Made by a program: the position numbers and the translations under genes. Source: an uncultured Anaerolineales bacterium (GTDB lineage Bacteria; Chloroflexota; Anaerolineae; Anaerolineales; UBA11858). Taken from it: 64,000 nucleotides of DNA. The DNA is taken from NCBI GenBank assembly GCA_964438295.1, contig CAYTKR010000005.1, positions 11,228-75,227 of the forward strand, in the 5' to 3' direction. Position 1 is the first letter of the stretch. Each line of letters starts with the position of its first letter. Below are positions 35,878 through 44,250 of the stretch, one piece after another. The notes beneath the pieces are model-generated. The model was not told where the DNA came from. It was given only the letters and a program-made list of their open reading frames with translations, and searched no databases.

Positions 35878-38331
35878 ATGAATAAACGGAAATATATGCG
35901 GTTCACGAGACTCAGTACTTTGTTTGTGATTTGTGTAATTTTGCTGCTCAGTGGGTGCAATCTTCCAAATAGGGCTTCAATAACGGAAACGCCTGTGGAA
36001 TCTATCGCACTAGTACCAACAGAAGCCATTTTGATATCCAACCAGGCATTGGAAGCTACACTCTCGCCAACACCTACTTCGCTCCCTTCTCCAACGGCAC
36101 TACCCGAACCTACACCTCTGGCAGGTGGTGGCGCGACTGTTTACTTCCTCTCCGATCGCGATAATCAGCCTGACCATTTCGACGTCTATGCCATGGATTT
36201 GATCTCCAAGGAGATTTCTAGAATTACAACAAGTGAGCTTCAAAAACATAATTTGGTAGTTTCTCCAGATGGGCGTTGGGGCGCATTTGTCACCGGAGAT
36301 TTCGAAGCGGAGCTGATTTATACCGTGAATCTCGCACAGTCAAATCCAGAGCCGGCATTGGTTACACCAGATATGCAAAATTCACATTTTCCGATCTGGT
36401 CGCCCGATAGCCAACGTTTGGCTTTTGAGCATGGCCATCAGGTAGGTCAGAGCACAATTTATACGGTAAATCCTGATGGAAGCGACCTGAAGCAAATTTC
36501 CAACACAGAAGATTTCAATATTCAGCCAATATGGTCACCAGACAGTCAACAGATCGGCTACACCAAGTACCCCAACGAAGGCCTGTTTTCAGGAGCACCG
36601 TTGCTGGGCTATTCTCAGGCTTACATTGCCAATGCAGATGGGAGTAACCAGAAACCAATAGGAGATATCGAAGGTTATCGAGAAATATCCCCCCATTGGG
36701 CTTTTGATGGTGAGAATATTCTATTTATGGCAGAAACTACGGGAGAGTTATTGCTTTCTGGCTTGTTCCAGACCGATCCAAGGGGCACTGCGCCTGAGAT
36801 GTTAGTAGAAGGCTCTGAACAGAATTGGTTTTACGATACTTATTATGTCGTCCATTCGCCGGCCGGAAACCGAATGGCGATACTTACTTTCGCGTCATTC
36901 ATTGGTAATTGGGGGGTAAATTACCAAGCCCTTTATACCATGCGCCCAGATGGGAGCGACCTGGTCTTCGTTCACGAATTTTTAGCGCCTGATGAAGCAG
37001 TTTTTGACTCGGCAGCGACTTCCAGAATCACAATCCCGTCGTGGACTCCGGACGGGACTTCAATGATTGTGGATGACAATCAAAACTTGTTTTTGGTCAA
37101 CATATCTACTGGCGAACGGACCCAACTGACGGAGACCGGGCGCAATCTTTCCCCAATGATCATCTATGATCCGGTGATTGCCAATGTCGAGCAGGCAGGC
37201 ACCGAGGTTGTTGAGGCAGCCCAAAGCGAATCCTATTCCCCTTTGGATATTCAGGGAAGCGGGGTGATCGCCTTTGTATCGGATCAAGCCAATCCAAAAG
37301 AGTACACCGATACAGACAATGAGATCTACATCTATGCTCTGCAGAATGGTGAAACCCGGCGCGCTACCTATAATCTAGAAAATGAGAAGAGTCTGGTCTG
37401 GTCGCCGGATGGACGTTTTTTGGCGTATATCGGCGGTGAAGGAGACCAAACGCACTTGTTCGTGCTTGACTATGAAGCCTTTTTGAATTTTGGGACGAGA
37501 CCTGCACAGATCACCAACCTGCCAGGCAGGGTGATGTTCCCTGCCTGGTCGCCGGACAGCGCACAGTTCGCTTTCGTCCACCAACCGGATTTAGCGGCCC
37601 TAAATTCGCATTTGTTTACCATGAATGTCGATGGTAGCAATTTGATCGACCGTTCTTTTGCCCCTGGCATCTACGAGATGCCTCGCTGGTCTCCATCAGG
37701 ATCGCAATTAAGTTTTTCTTACGCTGACGTGCAAACTTTTCAGGGCGCGCCCTTAATCAATAATCCAAGTTCTTTCATCCTTAATTTGGCCAACAACACT
37801 CCCAACCAGATGCCACAAGATGAAGGACATTCTGTTTATGGCCCCATCTGGACGTCAGACGGATCGGCAACCTTTTATTGGAAGCTGTCTGAAATGGAGA
37901 ACGATAAACTTGCCGTTCTCAATGTGGCGACTGGGGAGGAGTTCATTCTCGGTACAGAATTCTCATATGGAGGCGATCGCTGGCTGTCAGCATGGTCTCC
38001 GGACGGTAACCATCTGGCCTTCGTCCTTACTGCTTGGGAAGCATTGAGTAATGAGTATTCTTCCAGCGGCTTATACCTTTTCAGTTTGATGGGAAGCAAT
38101 GAGCCCAACCTTGCGGCGCAAGCCGATTGGTTCGAATATGGAGTGGGTGTGCAATCGCCCTCTTGGTCTCCTAATGGCGATTGGCTGGCATTTACAGGCA
38201 CTGATGTCCCTGAAGGGAAACTAGGGGTTTACGTGGTGGATGCCGATGGGAATAATCTCAGGCGAATCTCTGATGCGTTCAATCATGCCCATTCCCCGGC
38301 CTGGGGTCCTGTTGATATGCGTGCACCCTAA
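35878..38331 (+). CDS. Lipoprotein with multiple PD40/TolB-like beta-propeller repeats
   Basis: Lipobox LSGC and about 15 repeats of the W(S/T)PDG/WSPDS pattern. Confidence 0.8.
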   Translation: MNKRKYMRFTRLSTLFVICVILLLSGCNLPNRASITETPVESIALVPTEAILISNQALEATLSPTPTSLPSPTALPEPTPLAGGGATVYFLSDRDNQPDHFDVYAMDLISKEISRITTSELQKHNLVVSPDGRWGAFVTGDFEAELIYTVNLAQSNPEPALVTPDMQNSHFPIWSPDSQRLAFEHGHQVGQSTIYTVNPDGSDLKQISNTEDFNIQPIWSPDSQQIGYTKYPNEGLFSGAPLLGYSQAYIANADGSNQKPIGDIEGYREISPHWAFDGENILFMAETTGELLLSGLFQTDPRGTAPEMLVEGSEQNWFYDTYYVVHSPAGNRMAILTFASFIGNWGVNYQALYTMRPDGSDLVFVHEFLAPDEAVFDSAATSRITIPSWTPDGTSMIVDDNQNLFLVNISTGERTQLTETGRNLSPMIIYDPVIANVEQAGTEVVEAAQSESYSPLDIQGSGVIAFVSDQANPKEYTDTDNEIYIYALQNGETRRATYNLENEKSLVWSPDGRFLAYIGGEGDQTHLFVLDYEAFLNFGTRPAQITNLPGRVMFPAWSPDSAQFAFVHQPDLAALNSHLFTMNVDGSNLIDRSFAPGIYEMPRWSPSGSQLSFSYADVQTFQGAPLINNPSSFILNLANNTPNQMPQDEGHSVYGPIWTSDGSATFYWKLSEMENDKLAVLNVATGEEFILGTEFSYGGDRWLSAWSPDGNHLAFVLTAWEALSNEYSSSGLYLFSLMGSNEPNLAAQADWFEYGVGVQSPSWSPNGDWLAFTGTDVPEGKLGVYVVDADGNNLRRISDAFNHAHSPAWGPVDMRAP

Positions 38332-38354
38332 GGTGATTTGGTTTTTACACCTTT

Positions 38355-38399
38355 GCATCTCCCCTTCACCGAATTGTAGGAACAGGGAAGGGGAGATGC
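38355..38399. terminator. Hairpin between convergent genes
   Basis: GCATCTCCCCTTC ... GAAGGGGAGATGC is a 13-bp perfect stem with a 19-nt loop. Confidence 0.45.
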
Positions 38400-38454
38400 A
38401 TCCCCTGCGATCGAAGATCGTGTCGAAGAGAACCTCTTCACTCAATTTGGGAGA

Positions 38455-38489
38455 GATCCTTCGCTCGCCTGCAGCAGCTCAGGATGACA
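38455..38489. repeat. Half-copy of the GTCATYCTGAG...GCGAAGGATC repeat family
   Basis: GATCCTTCGC...GCTCAGGATGACA aligns with the right half of the 19268-19388 element (GATTCTTCGC...GCTCAGAATGACA). Confidence 0.6.
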
Positions 38490-38530
38490 AAAAACAGGGT
38501 GTGCTTGTCAATCGGGTTATTTATTCGATA

Positions 38531-40120
38531 CTAAGGACGGTATCCAGCGATAAAATTGTCATAGACATAGGGGCACATCCCGTTGACGACCAGGAACTCA
38601 TCATCATTTGGTGTCCAGGAACTGTCGCCTTTTTTCATTTCCTCCGTGCAGTCCGTTGTGCCATAATGATCATAATTCGCATAATATCCAAAGGAATGCA
38701 TGATCTCATGAATTACTGTTGCGGCACTGAAATAATTCGGTGTGGAGGCATAGAGATCATCGGCCGCGGTTTGACACATCGAATACCCGTTTTTCATTAC
38801 GCAAGGTGTTCCAGGCTGGTTCGAGCATTCACCCCCGATTGAGACATCGCTGATGACATTCTCCCCCCATTCATCGTAGCCGCAACGGGCATATTTGTGG
38901 CTGTAATGATTGAACATCACATAGATTTGGTTGTCATTACCAAACGCGTCGACAAAATGATTTTTGAATGAAGTTGGCCCTTCGATAGCATAGGTGAAGC
39001 CTCCCATAGTCCGAGCAAAGTTATCCGCTCCGTACGAGAAAATGACAAGACTGTCAGGGATATCATTTGTCGTTTGTGCTATATAACATTGTGGGATGCT
39101 ATCACGCATAAGATAGTCTGAACTTTGCTCTTGAGTAAACTCAACTGTCCCATAATTTTGTAATCGAATTACGAATCCGGTTAAGTTGAAGAGAATGTTA
39201 CTAGCATCTTGCAACGTGGCTTCTGTTTGTTGCAGGGTCACGGGTTCAGAACTAAGGTCAACCAACGCATCGAAGGAAAAAACGCCCTTGGGCGGACTTC
39301 CATCGGGCGTCGCGAAGGTTTGGGGTGTGTAATCGGTCATCGTGAACACGAAGGGGCACTCAGCATAATCCCCTGATAGAAATATTTCCACATCTGCTCG
39401 TTTGACCCATGCATCATACGTCGAGCCATTTGCAGCATCCCATGAAACGTGCAGGAAGCTGTCGCGCTCTTCAATGACGGTAAAGAATAGCTCAACTTGA
39501 AATGATCCTGAACTTTGTCCACCAGGCCCATCATAAGCGTCGATATGTTGCCCAGCAGGCAGCGTAAAAGAATCTGGGGTATCCGCAACTTGAGAAGACG
39601 AACTCTCAGGAAGCCCTGTGTCGGTAACGATATAAGAAAGGCGGATCAAATCAGCTGCCAACGCTTCTACTCGGAATATGATGTAATCACCCGGTTTGGC
39701 GTGCCGCTTGTAAACATACAGGCCACCTTCTATCAATTCGACACAAAATGGAGAGAAATCATCATCTACAAGGCCCATCTCTGCGGGATTGAGGTCGCTC
39801 AAATCTCCACTGAAACCGCTAAAGAGGTAGAAACCGCCTTGCTGTGGTGGAAAGTTCGCCCAGGCCTCAAATTCAAAACAGTCAGAATTTGTGGTTCGGA
39901 CGTAGAGATCGCCGCCAATTTGATACCCTCTTTCACCGCTAACAAAATCATAACTCTCGAGATCGAATAGTTCAACCTCACCAGATGCAATAACAGCATT
40001 CATCACGCTGAACCCTTTGGTAAGATCGATTGACTGAGGTGGGGCAGACGAAAAACTCAATAAGAGTGCGACGGTTAGAAGCATTAGTGGAATTCGAAAA
40101 AGGGAGGTGATGGTCTTCAT
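38531..40120 (-). CDS. Secreted protein with a C-terminal HExxH zincin motif
   Basis: Signal peptide MKTITSLFRIPLMLLTVALLLSFSSA. HEIMH is encoded at 38696-38710 (CATGAGATCATGCAT on the minus strand), in the context VIHEIMHSFGYY. The start was moved to the ATG at 40120 with an AGGAG RBS. Confidence 0.6.
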   Translation of the reverse strand: MKTITSLFRIPLMLLTVALLLSFSSAPPQSIDLTKGFSVMNAVIASGEVELFDLESYDFVSGERGYQIGGDLYVRTTNSDCFEFEAWANFPPQQGGFYLFSGFSGDLSDLNPAEMGLVDDDFSPFCVELIEGGLYVYKRHAKPGDYIIFRVEALAADLIRLSYIVTDTGLPESSSSQVADTPDSFTLPAGQHIDAYDGPGGQSSGSFQVELFFTVIEERDSFLHVSWDAANGSTYDAWVKRADVEIFLSGDYAECPFVFTMTDYTPQTFATPDGSPPKGVFSFDALVDLSSEPVTLQQTEATLQDASNILFNLTGFVIRLQNYGTVEFTQEQSSDYLMRDSIPQCYIAQTTNDIPDSLVIFSYGADNFARTMGGFTYAIEGPTSFKNHFVDAFGNDNQIYVMFNHYSHKYARCGYDEWGENVISDVSIGGECSNQPGTPCVMKNGYSMCQTAADDLYASTPNYFSAATVIHEIMHSFGYYANYDHYGTTDCTEEMKKGDSSWTPNDDEFLVVNGMCPYVYDNFIAGYRP

Positions 40121-40289
40121 ACTAAATCTCCTTTGGCGATGAAGATACATGCGGGGAACCTGATATTCAATTTTCGTAATTCTATTGGACCAATTAAGCG
40201 CATCTAGGCAATCGGACAAAATTACCCTAATTACTTGGATAATCATACTATAAATGTGGTAATCACATCAAGACCGCGAACTCACAGCA

Positions 40290-40346
40290 TTAGTAGTAGT
40301 TGCGGATGTACTTCCCAGACCAGCTTTCTTTGTTGAAAGATTGTTC
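40290..40346 (-). pseudogene. 3'-terminal remnant of a paralog of gene 44303-45472
   Basis: Encodes ...EQSFNKESWSGKYIRNYY*, compared with ...DSFNNESWSGEYIHNYSYCGE* at the end of 44303-45472. By hand alignment, 38 of 45 nt are identical. The frame is closed by stop codons about 25 codons upstream. Confidence 0.6.
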
Positions 40347-40435
40347 TAATTCCATCGATGCTTGCACCTAAATTGCCGGGCTAGCGCCACGATGAGAAAT
40401 AACAGAAATCCCCCTAAGAATTCAATTGTAAACAT
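40346..40435 (-). CDS. Possible 29-aa single-TM micro-protein (speculative)
   Basis: MFTIEFLGGFLLFLIVALARQFRCKHRWN, with AAGGAT 8 nt upstream of the ATG, 13 nt after the upstream stop codon. There is no further support. Confidence 0.2.
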   Translation of the reverse strand: MFTIEFLGGFLLFLIVALARQFRCKHRWN

Positions 40436-40448
40436 GGCTTTGCATCCT

Positions 40449-43355
40449 TTAGTAATCCACCTTTCCTCCTCCTGAATTGAAGATATCCAGCTTGCCTCCA
40501 GATGGAGGTTTACTGCCAGATGCGGTTTTCACCGGGGTGTGCTCCCAAATGTTGTTTTTAGCGAGGTAAGTATGCCGAGTTTGATTCCAGAAGCCTGCAT
40601 CGGTGTTGCTGAAAAATGTGTTGCCTCCGGGGCTTGAGCGGCCTCCAACACCAAAATCACCCATCCAGGTATCTACCATCCAGACCCCGATTCTATTGGT
40701 AAGGAATTCGTTCCCTGCGAATCTTGGATGATAGGTACCGTGCCCTTCCACTCCGATATCATTTCCTTGAAAGATATTCACTGAGACATGGGGAGATGAT
40801 TTGCCTTTGTATAGCAATCCAGCTTTGTTATTATTCTCTATGAAGTTGCCACTGAGCGTTGGACCGCAGGGTTTATCACCAAGAACTTCTATCCCCACCT
40901 CGTTGTCTACAATATGAGATTCCATAATGAACCCGCTCGAACTCCCAACGAGCTGCACCCCGGTTCCTTTTGTAGCCGTTGTAAATTTACATCCTAGAAT
41001 ATGCGGTTCGCCGTTATCGAATAGCAGGCAGGCGCCACCAGCCTTGTTTTCCACCATAACGCGACAAAGCTTGGCGTGCATCGGGGCTACAATCGCGGTC
41101 TGATATGCTTTCCCATCAATCGTGACTGTGCCCTCACCTCGAATGATAGAGCCTTCGTAGAGCCCTTCAACCCAAACATTAGCGGGCAGCTCAATTGGGA
41201 ATATTTCTCCGGCAGTGGCATCATAGGTTCCTGCTCCAAGATGGATTGTACTGCCAGGTTTTGCGATGCTTTTTGCTTTGGTCAAGGTACGGAAGGGTTT
41301 CGATTGGCTGCCGTCACCGCTGCTGTCATTGCCCTGGCCATCCACATAGATCTTCATTTTGCGCGGCGTCAGGTGCGTCAACCATACGGCGCGCATCTCT
41401 GAGAATGCGTGGAAATATATTTCCCAGGCCGCGGCATATCTTGCTACCCGGGCTACCATTTTCGGGTCAGGTTTTTTCCCTTTTTCGTGTACCAGGATGA
41501 AAGCTGAACGGAAATGTTTCGGGCTGTTTTGCACATAAGGTTTGCGCAGGCGGTTTTTGCCATCCCAGTCCGCCAGATTATCATGAGCCAAATTCACACG
41601 TTTTCCTTTTACCCGCAGCTGGTTGTATACCGGTGTAGACGTTTGTATGAACCAGGCATCGATCAACTCGCGCGTACTGCAGAGACCCATTAGATATAAA
41701 TCCAGCGAGCCGAAACAGGCTTCCCCTTTCAAAGCACGCGCGAATACTCCTGGGTTGCCCAGCACTTCGGACCATGTTGCACCTTTCATGACAGAGTGTT
41801 TACCCTGCCCACCCCAAGGCGGAACTACCGCCTGTGTGTGCACATTTCGCAGCCAATGAATTCCATTACTAAGTGAGGGTTGCATCTTATTTCCATCCCA
41901 ATACTGGTTAAAAGCCAACCATTTATGACCTTGCTCATGAGCCAGAAGATGGATGCCATACCACGATACTGTATCTGGCATTAGTTTGTAGGGATGATCG
42001 TTCAATGCCCTTGCGCTACCCATTTTTATTAGGTTTGTCACGTTTGTGAACCCTTTTCCAAGTTGGGTGTTGCGACGATCAAATTTCTTTAAACCGATTC
42101 CTTCGATATCGTTGAAAAGAGGCCAGTTGGAATAGAGCGGGTCAGTTAGGTCTTCGTTGGAGAACATCACCAGGGTATCGTAGTCGTCATCATAATCTTT
42201 GTAGAATGCTTTTGCCACTTCTACGACATTCAAGTCTTTATAACCACCAAATTCCTCGTAGATGCAACCATAGGCTGATTGTTTGGTGAGATACACCGAT
42301 TCATACAGATCTCTGGGAGAAAGAGGTTTCGATTTGTCCCCTGGAGATACACCCACCAAAACTTTGTCAGCGTCAGCCGATTTGTAGTTAAAAGTAATTT
42401 TGTTCGTTTTACCGTCATCGAATAATACTACCTGGAAGCTGCAGCGTTTTTGAGATCCCTTCAGGGATATTCCCACCCAGGTCACTACCAGTTGATCCTT
42501 ACTTTCGTGCAGGATGATCTCTCCTCCTTGTGATGGGTCTAGGTCCGTCCAAAGGGGTGCAATAGCAGGCAGGTTCTTGCGGAATTCCCATTTATCAATC
42601 GACGGGCGCGTATCTCCTTTGGCAAAGGTCAAATTACCATTGGAGTTGACGTAGATAGACCGATAGGTTTTCCTGTAGAAGCGGAATTTGAATGACCCCT
42701 TGAACGAATAATGATGGCTGGCGTTATCTGTGTTGATGGGGATTTTGAATCCCCCGGAGGTAGCGTGCACTTTTTCAAAGGAACCATCGTATTGTCCTGG
42801 CGAGAGCCCCTGAAGATCGAAACCGGTATTTCCATTGCGCATAAAAAGAATTCCCTTACCTATGAAATCGACCGGGTTACGCATTAACATGCTGCCGGTA
42901 TCTTCCACCAGGGCAACATTCAAATGAGGCATTTGGGCCAAGGGTTTGGTATTTCCAATCTCGGTATTTTCGACAACGTCTTCCCTGAGTTCATCCAGCA
43001 GCGGTTTGGAAATATCTGCAAGGGTAGGAGATTTATTCGTTATATCTTCTAGGGCTGTTGCGTAGATTTCTCCAAAATCTTGATCGTCCTCTACCAGCAC
43101 AGGACGATCTATCGCTGGCCAACGATTCTCCCCCATTACAAGCGGTTCCATATCGATGCCTTGCTCTGCCAACAACGCCATCTGCTCTTCGTATCGTTGA
43201 AACAATTCCTCTGGGTCTGCTGATTGACTGCAATAATGCTCCTCGGAAATTTCTACCTCATCCCCCTCCGCCTGGCTGAACTGAAATAACCTGACGATGG
43301 CTGCGGCGATTCGCAAGGCCAATTTCCACATAAATTCTAAGATAGACATTGTCAT
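40449..43355 (-). CDS. Large multidomain protein: acidic N-terminal region, NIDO-like domain, HExxH zincin domain and C-terminal right-handed beta-helix (DUF1565-like)
   Basis: FRFYRKTYRSIYVNSNGNLTF...PAIAPLWTDLD (NIDO-like). HEQGH is encoded at 41925-41939. YVDGQGNDSSGDGSQSKPFRTLTKA plus repeated G/N-rich turns indicate a beta-helix. An AAGGAGA RBS is present. There is no lipobox. Confidence 0.6.
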   Translation of the reverse strand: MTMSILEFMWKLALRIAAAIVRLFQFSQAEGDEVEISEEHYCSQSADPEELFQRYEEQMALLAEQGIDMEPLVMGENRWPAIDRPVLVEDDQDFGEIYATALEDITNKSPTLADISKPLLDELREDVVENTEIGNTKPLAQMPHLNVALVEDTGSMLMRNPVDFIGKGILFMRNGNTGFDLQGLSPGQYDGSFEKVHATSGGFKIPINTDNASHHYSFKGSFKFRFYRKTYRSIYVNSNGNLTFAKGDTRPSIDKWEFRKNLPAIAPLWTDLDPSQGGEIILHESKDQLVVTWVGISLKGSQKRCSFQVVLFDDGKTNKITFNYKSADADKVLVGVSPGDKSKPLSPRDLYESVYLTKQSAYGCIYEEFGGYKDLNVVEVAKAFYKDYDDDYDTLVMFSNEDLTDPLYSNWPLFNDIEGIGLKKFDRRNTQLGKGFTNVTNLIKMGSARALNDHPYKLMPDTVSWYGIHLLAHEQGHKWLAFNQYWDGNKMQPSLSNGIHWLRNVHTQAVVPPWGGQGKHSVMKGATWSEVLGNPGVFARALKGEACFGSLDLYLMGLCSTRELIDAWFIQTSTPVYNQLRVKGKRVNLAHDNLADWDGKNRLRKPYVQNSPKHFRSAFILVHEKGKKPDPKMVARVARYAAAWEIYFHAFSEMRAVWLTHLTPRKMKIYVDGQGNDSSGDGSQSKPFRTLTKAKSIAKPGSTIHLGAGTYDATAGEIFPIELPANVWVEGLYEGSIIRGEGTVTIDGKAYQTAIVAPMHAKLCRVMVENKAGGACLLFDNGEPHILGCKFTTATKGTGVQLVGSSSGFIMESHIVDNEVGIEVLGDKPCGPTLSGNFIENNNKAGLLYKGKSSPHVSVNIFQGNDIGVEGHGTYHPRFAGNEFLTNRIGVWMVDTWMGDFGVGGRSSPGGNTFFSNTDAGFWNQTRHTYLAKNNIWEHTPVKTASGSKPPSGGKLDIFNSGGGKVDY

Positions 43356-43562
43356 TTCTCCTTTTTATGGCTAATCAAATTAATCAGTTATTGCTTTCCT
43401 TGGATCAGATTTGCCTGAAAAAGGGTGCTTCCCCGTCTGTGAAGTCACATTGTTCAAATCAGTTGATAATGATAATTTTCAATTTTCACTCTCCTTGATA
43501 GAAATAAACGGGAATGTGCTATTGACATCCAACAATATCCAATCAACAAAAATGGTGTTCTG

Positions 43563-44210
43563 TTAGGGAAATATGTAGGCATCAAAAACAATATACCCGC
43601 TGGCTAACATCTGATCGTCGCGCATGACGAAGAAGCCGTAACTGCCTGCATTGGTTTGGAAGCATAAGTAAGCGTCAGTAATTGGAGCCAGTGGATCAGC
43701 GGTCAGGGCGGCGGCGCGGCATTGGTTGAGAGATGGCGCGCTCAAAAACGCGTGTCCAGAGAAAGTGGCGCCGTTCTGAGGGCTGAGGATCACATTGCCA
43801 TCCAGGCAGACATCGGCTGTGGCGTCGGCAGCCGTGAAGAGCACGTCCATGTCATAACAGGTGCCACCATTGAAGGCCATGCTCGACCAGGCGGGGCCGA
43901 GCGGGTCGGGGGCAAACGCATCAGGGGGTGTGGCTGTTGGTGGTATCGCAGTGGGAACCATCGCGGTCGGTGGAACATCTGTTGGCGGGATTGCCGAGGG
44001 TGCTACAGCGGTTGGTGGTATCCCGGTTGGTGGGATAGGCGATGTTTGTGCCTGCAAGGTCATTTGTATGAATTTGGCCTGGGATGTTTGGGCGACTGCG
44101 GTATTGAACGTTGATTGATCGTCTTGCGGGGGAGGTCCCGTGATGATGCAAGCCAATGTTATTACAATAGATAACGCTACTCCAACGAGGGCTTTTCTTC
44201 GAATTTTCAT
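43563..44210 (-). CDS. Small lipoprotein with a Pro-rich (A/V)IPPT repeat linker and a C-terminal module shared with 51849-53732 and 38531-40120
   Basis: Lipobox TLAC, the repeat IPPTGIPPTAVAPSAIPPTDVPPTAMVPTAIPPTATPP, and a C-terminal ...YLCFQTNAGSYGFFVMRDD. Confidence 0.6.
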   Translation of the reverse strand: MKIRRKALVGVALSIVITLACIITGPPPQDDQSTFNTAVAQTSQAKFIQMTLQAQTSPIPPTGIPPTAVAPSAIPPTDVPPTAMVPTAIPPTATPPDAFAPDPLGPAWSSMAFNGGTCYDMDVLFTAADATADVCLDGNVILSPQNGATFSGHAFLSAPSLNQCRAAALTADPLAPITDAYLCFQTNAGSYGFFVMRDDQMLASGYIVFDAYIFP

Positions 44211-44250
44211 ATGAGTTTCTCAAATTTTTCTAATTGCCAGAGTAAACTTT

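Noticed and set aside
38240-38842. 200-aa plus-strand ORF spanning the convergent intergenic region
   Set aside because: It runs through the end of the PD40 gene, two hairpin/repeat elements and the antisense strand of the HEIMH region, so it does not have a coherent gene structure.
43722-44118. Plus-strand ORFs of 130 aa and 85 aa rich in Gly, Val and Trp
   Set aside because: They arise from the reverse complement of the Pro-rich IPPT tandem repeat of gene 43563-44210. Repeats keep both strands open.
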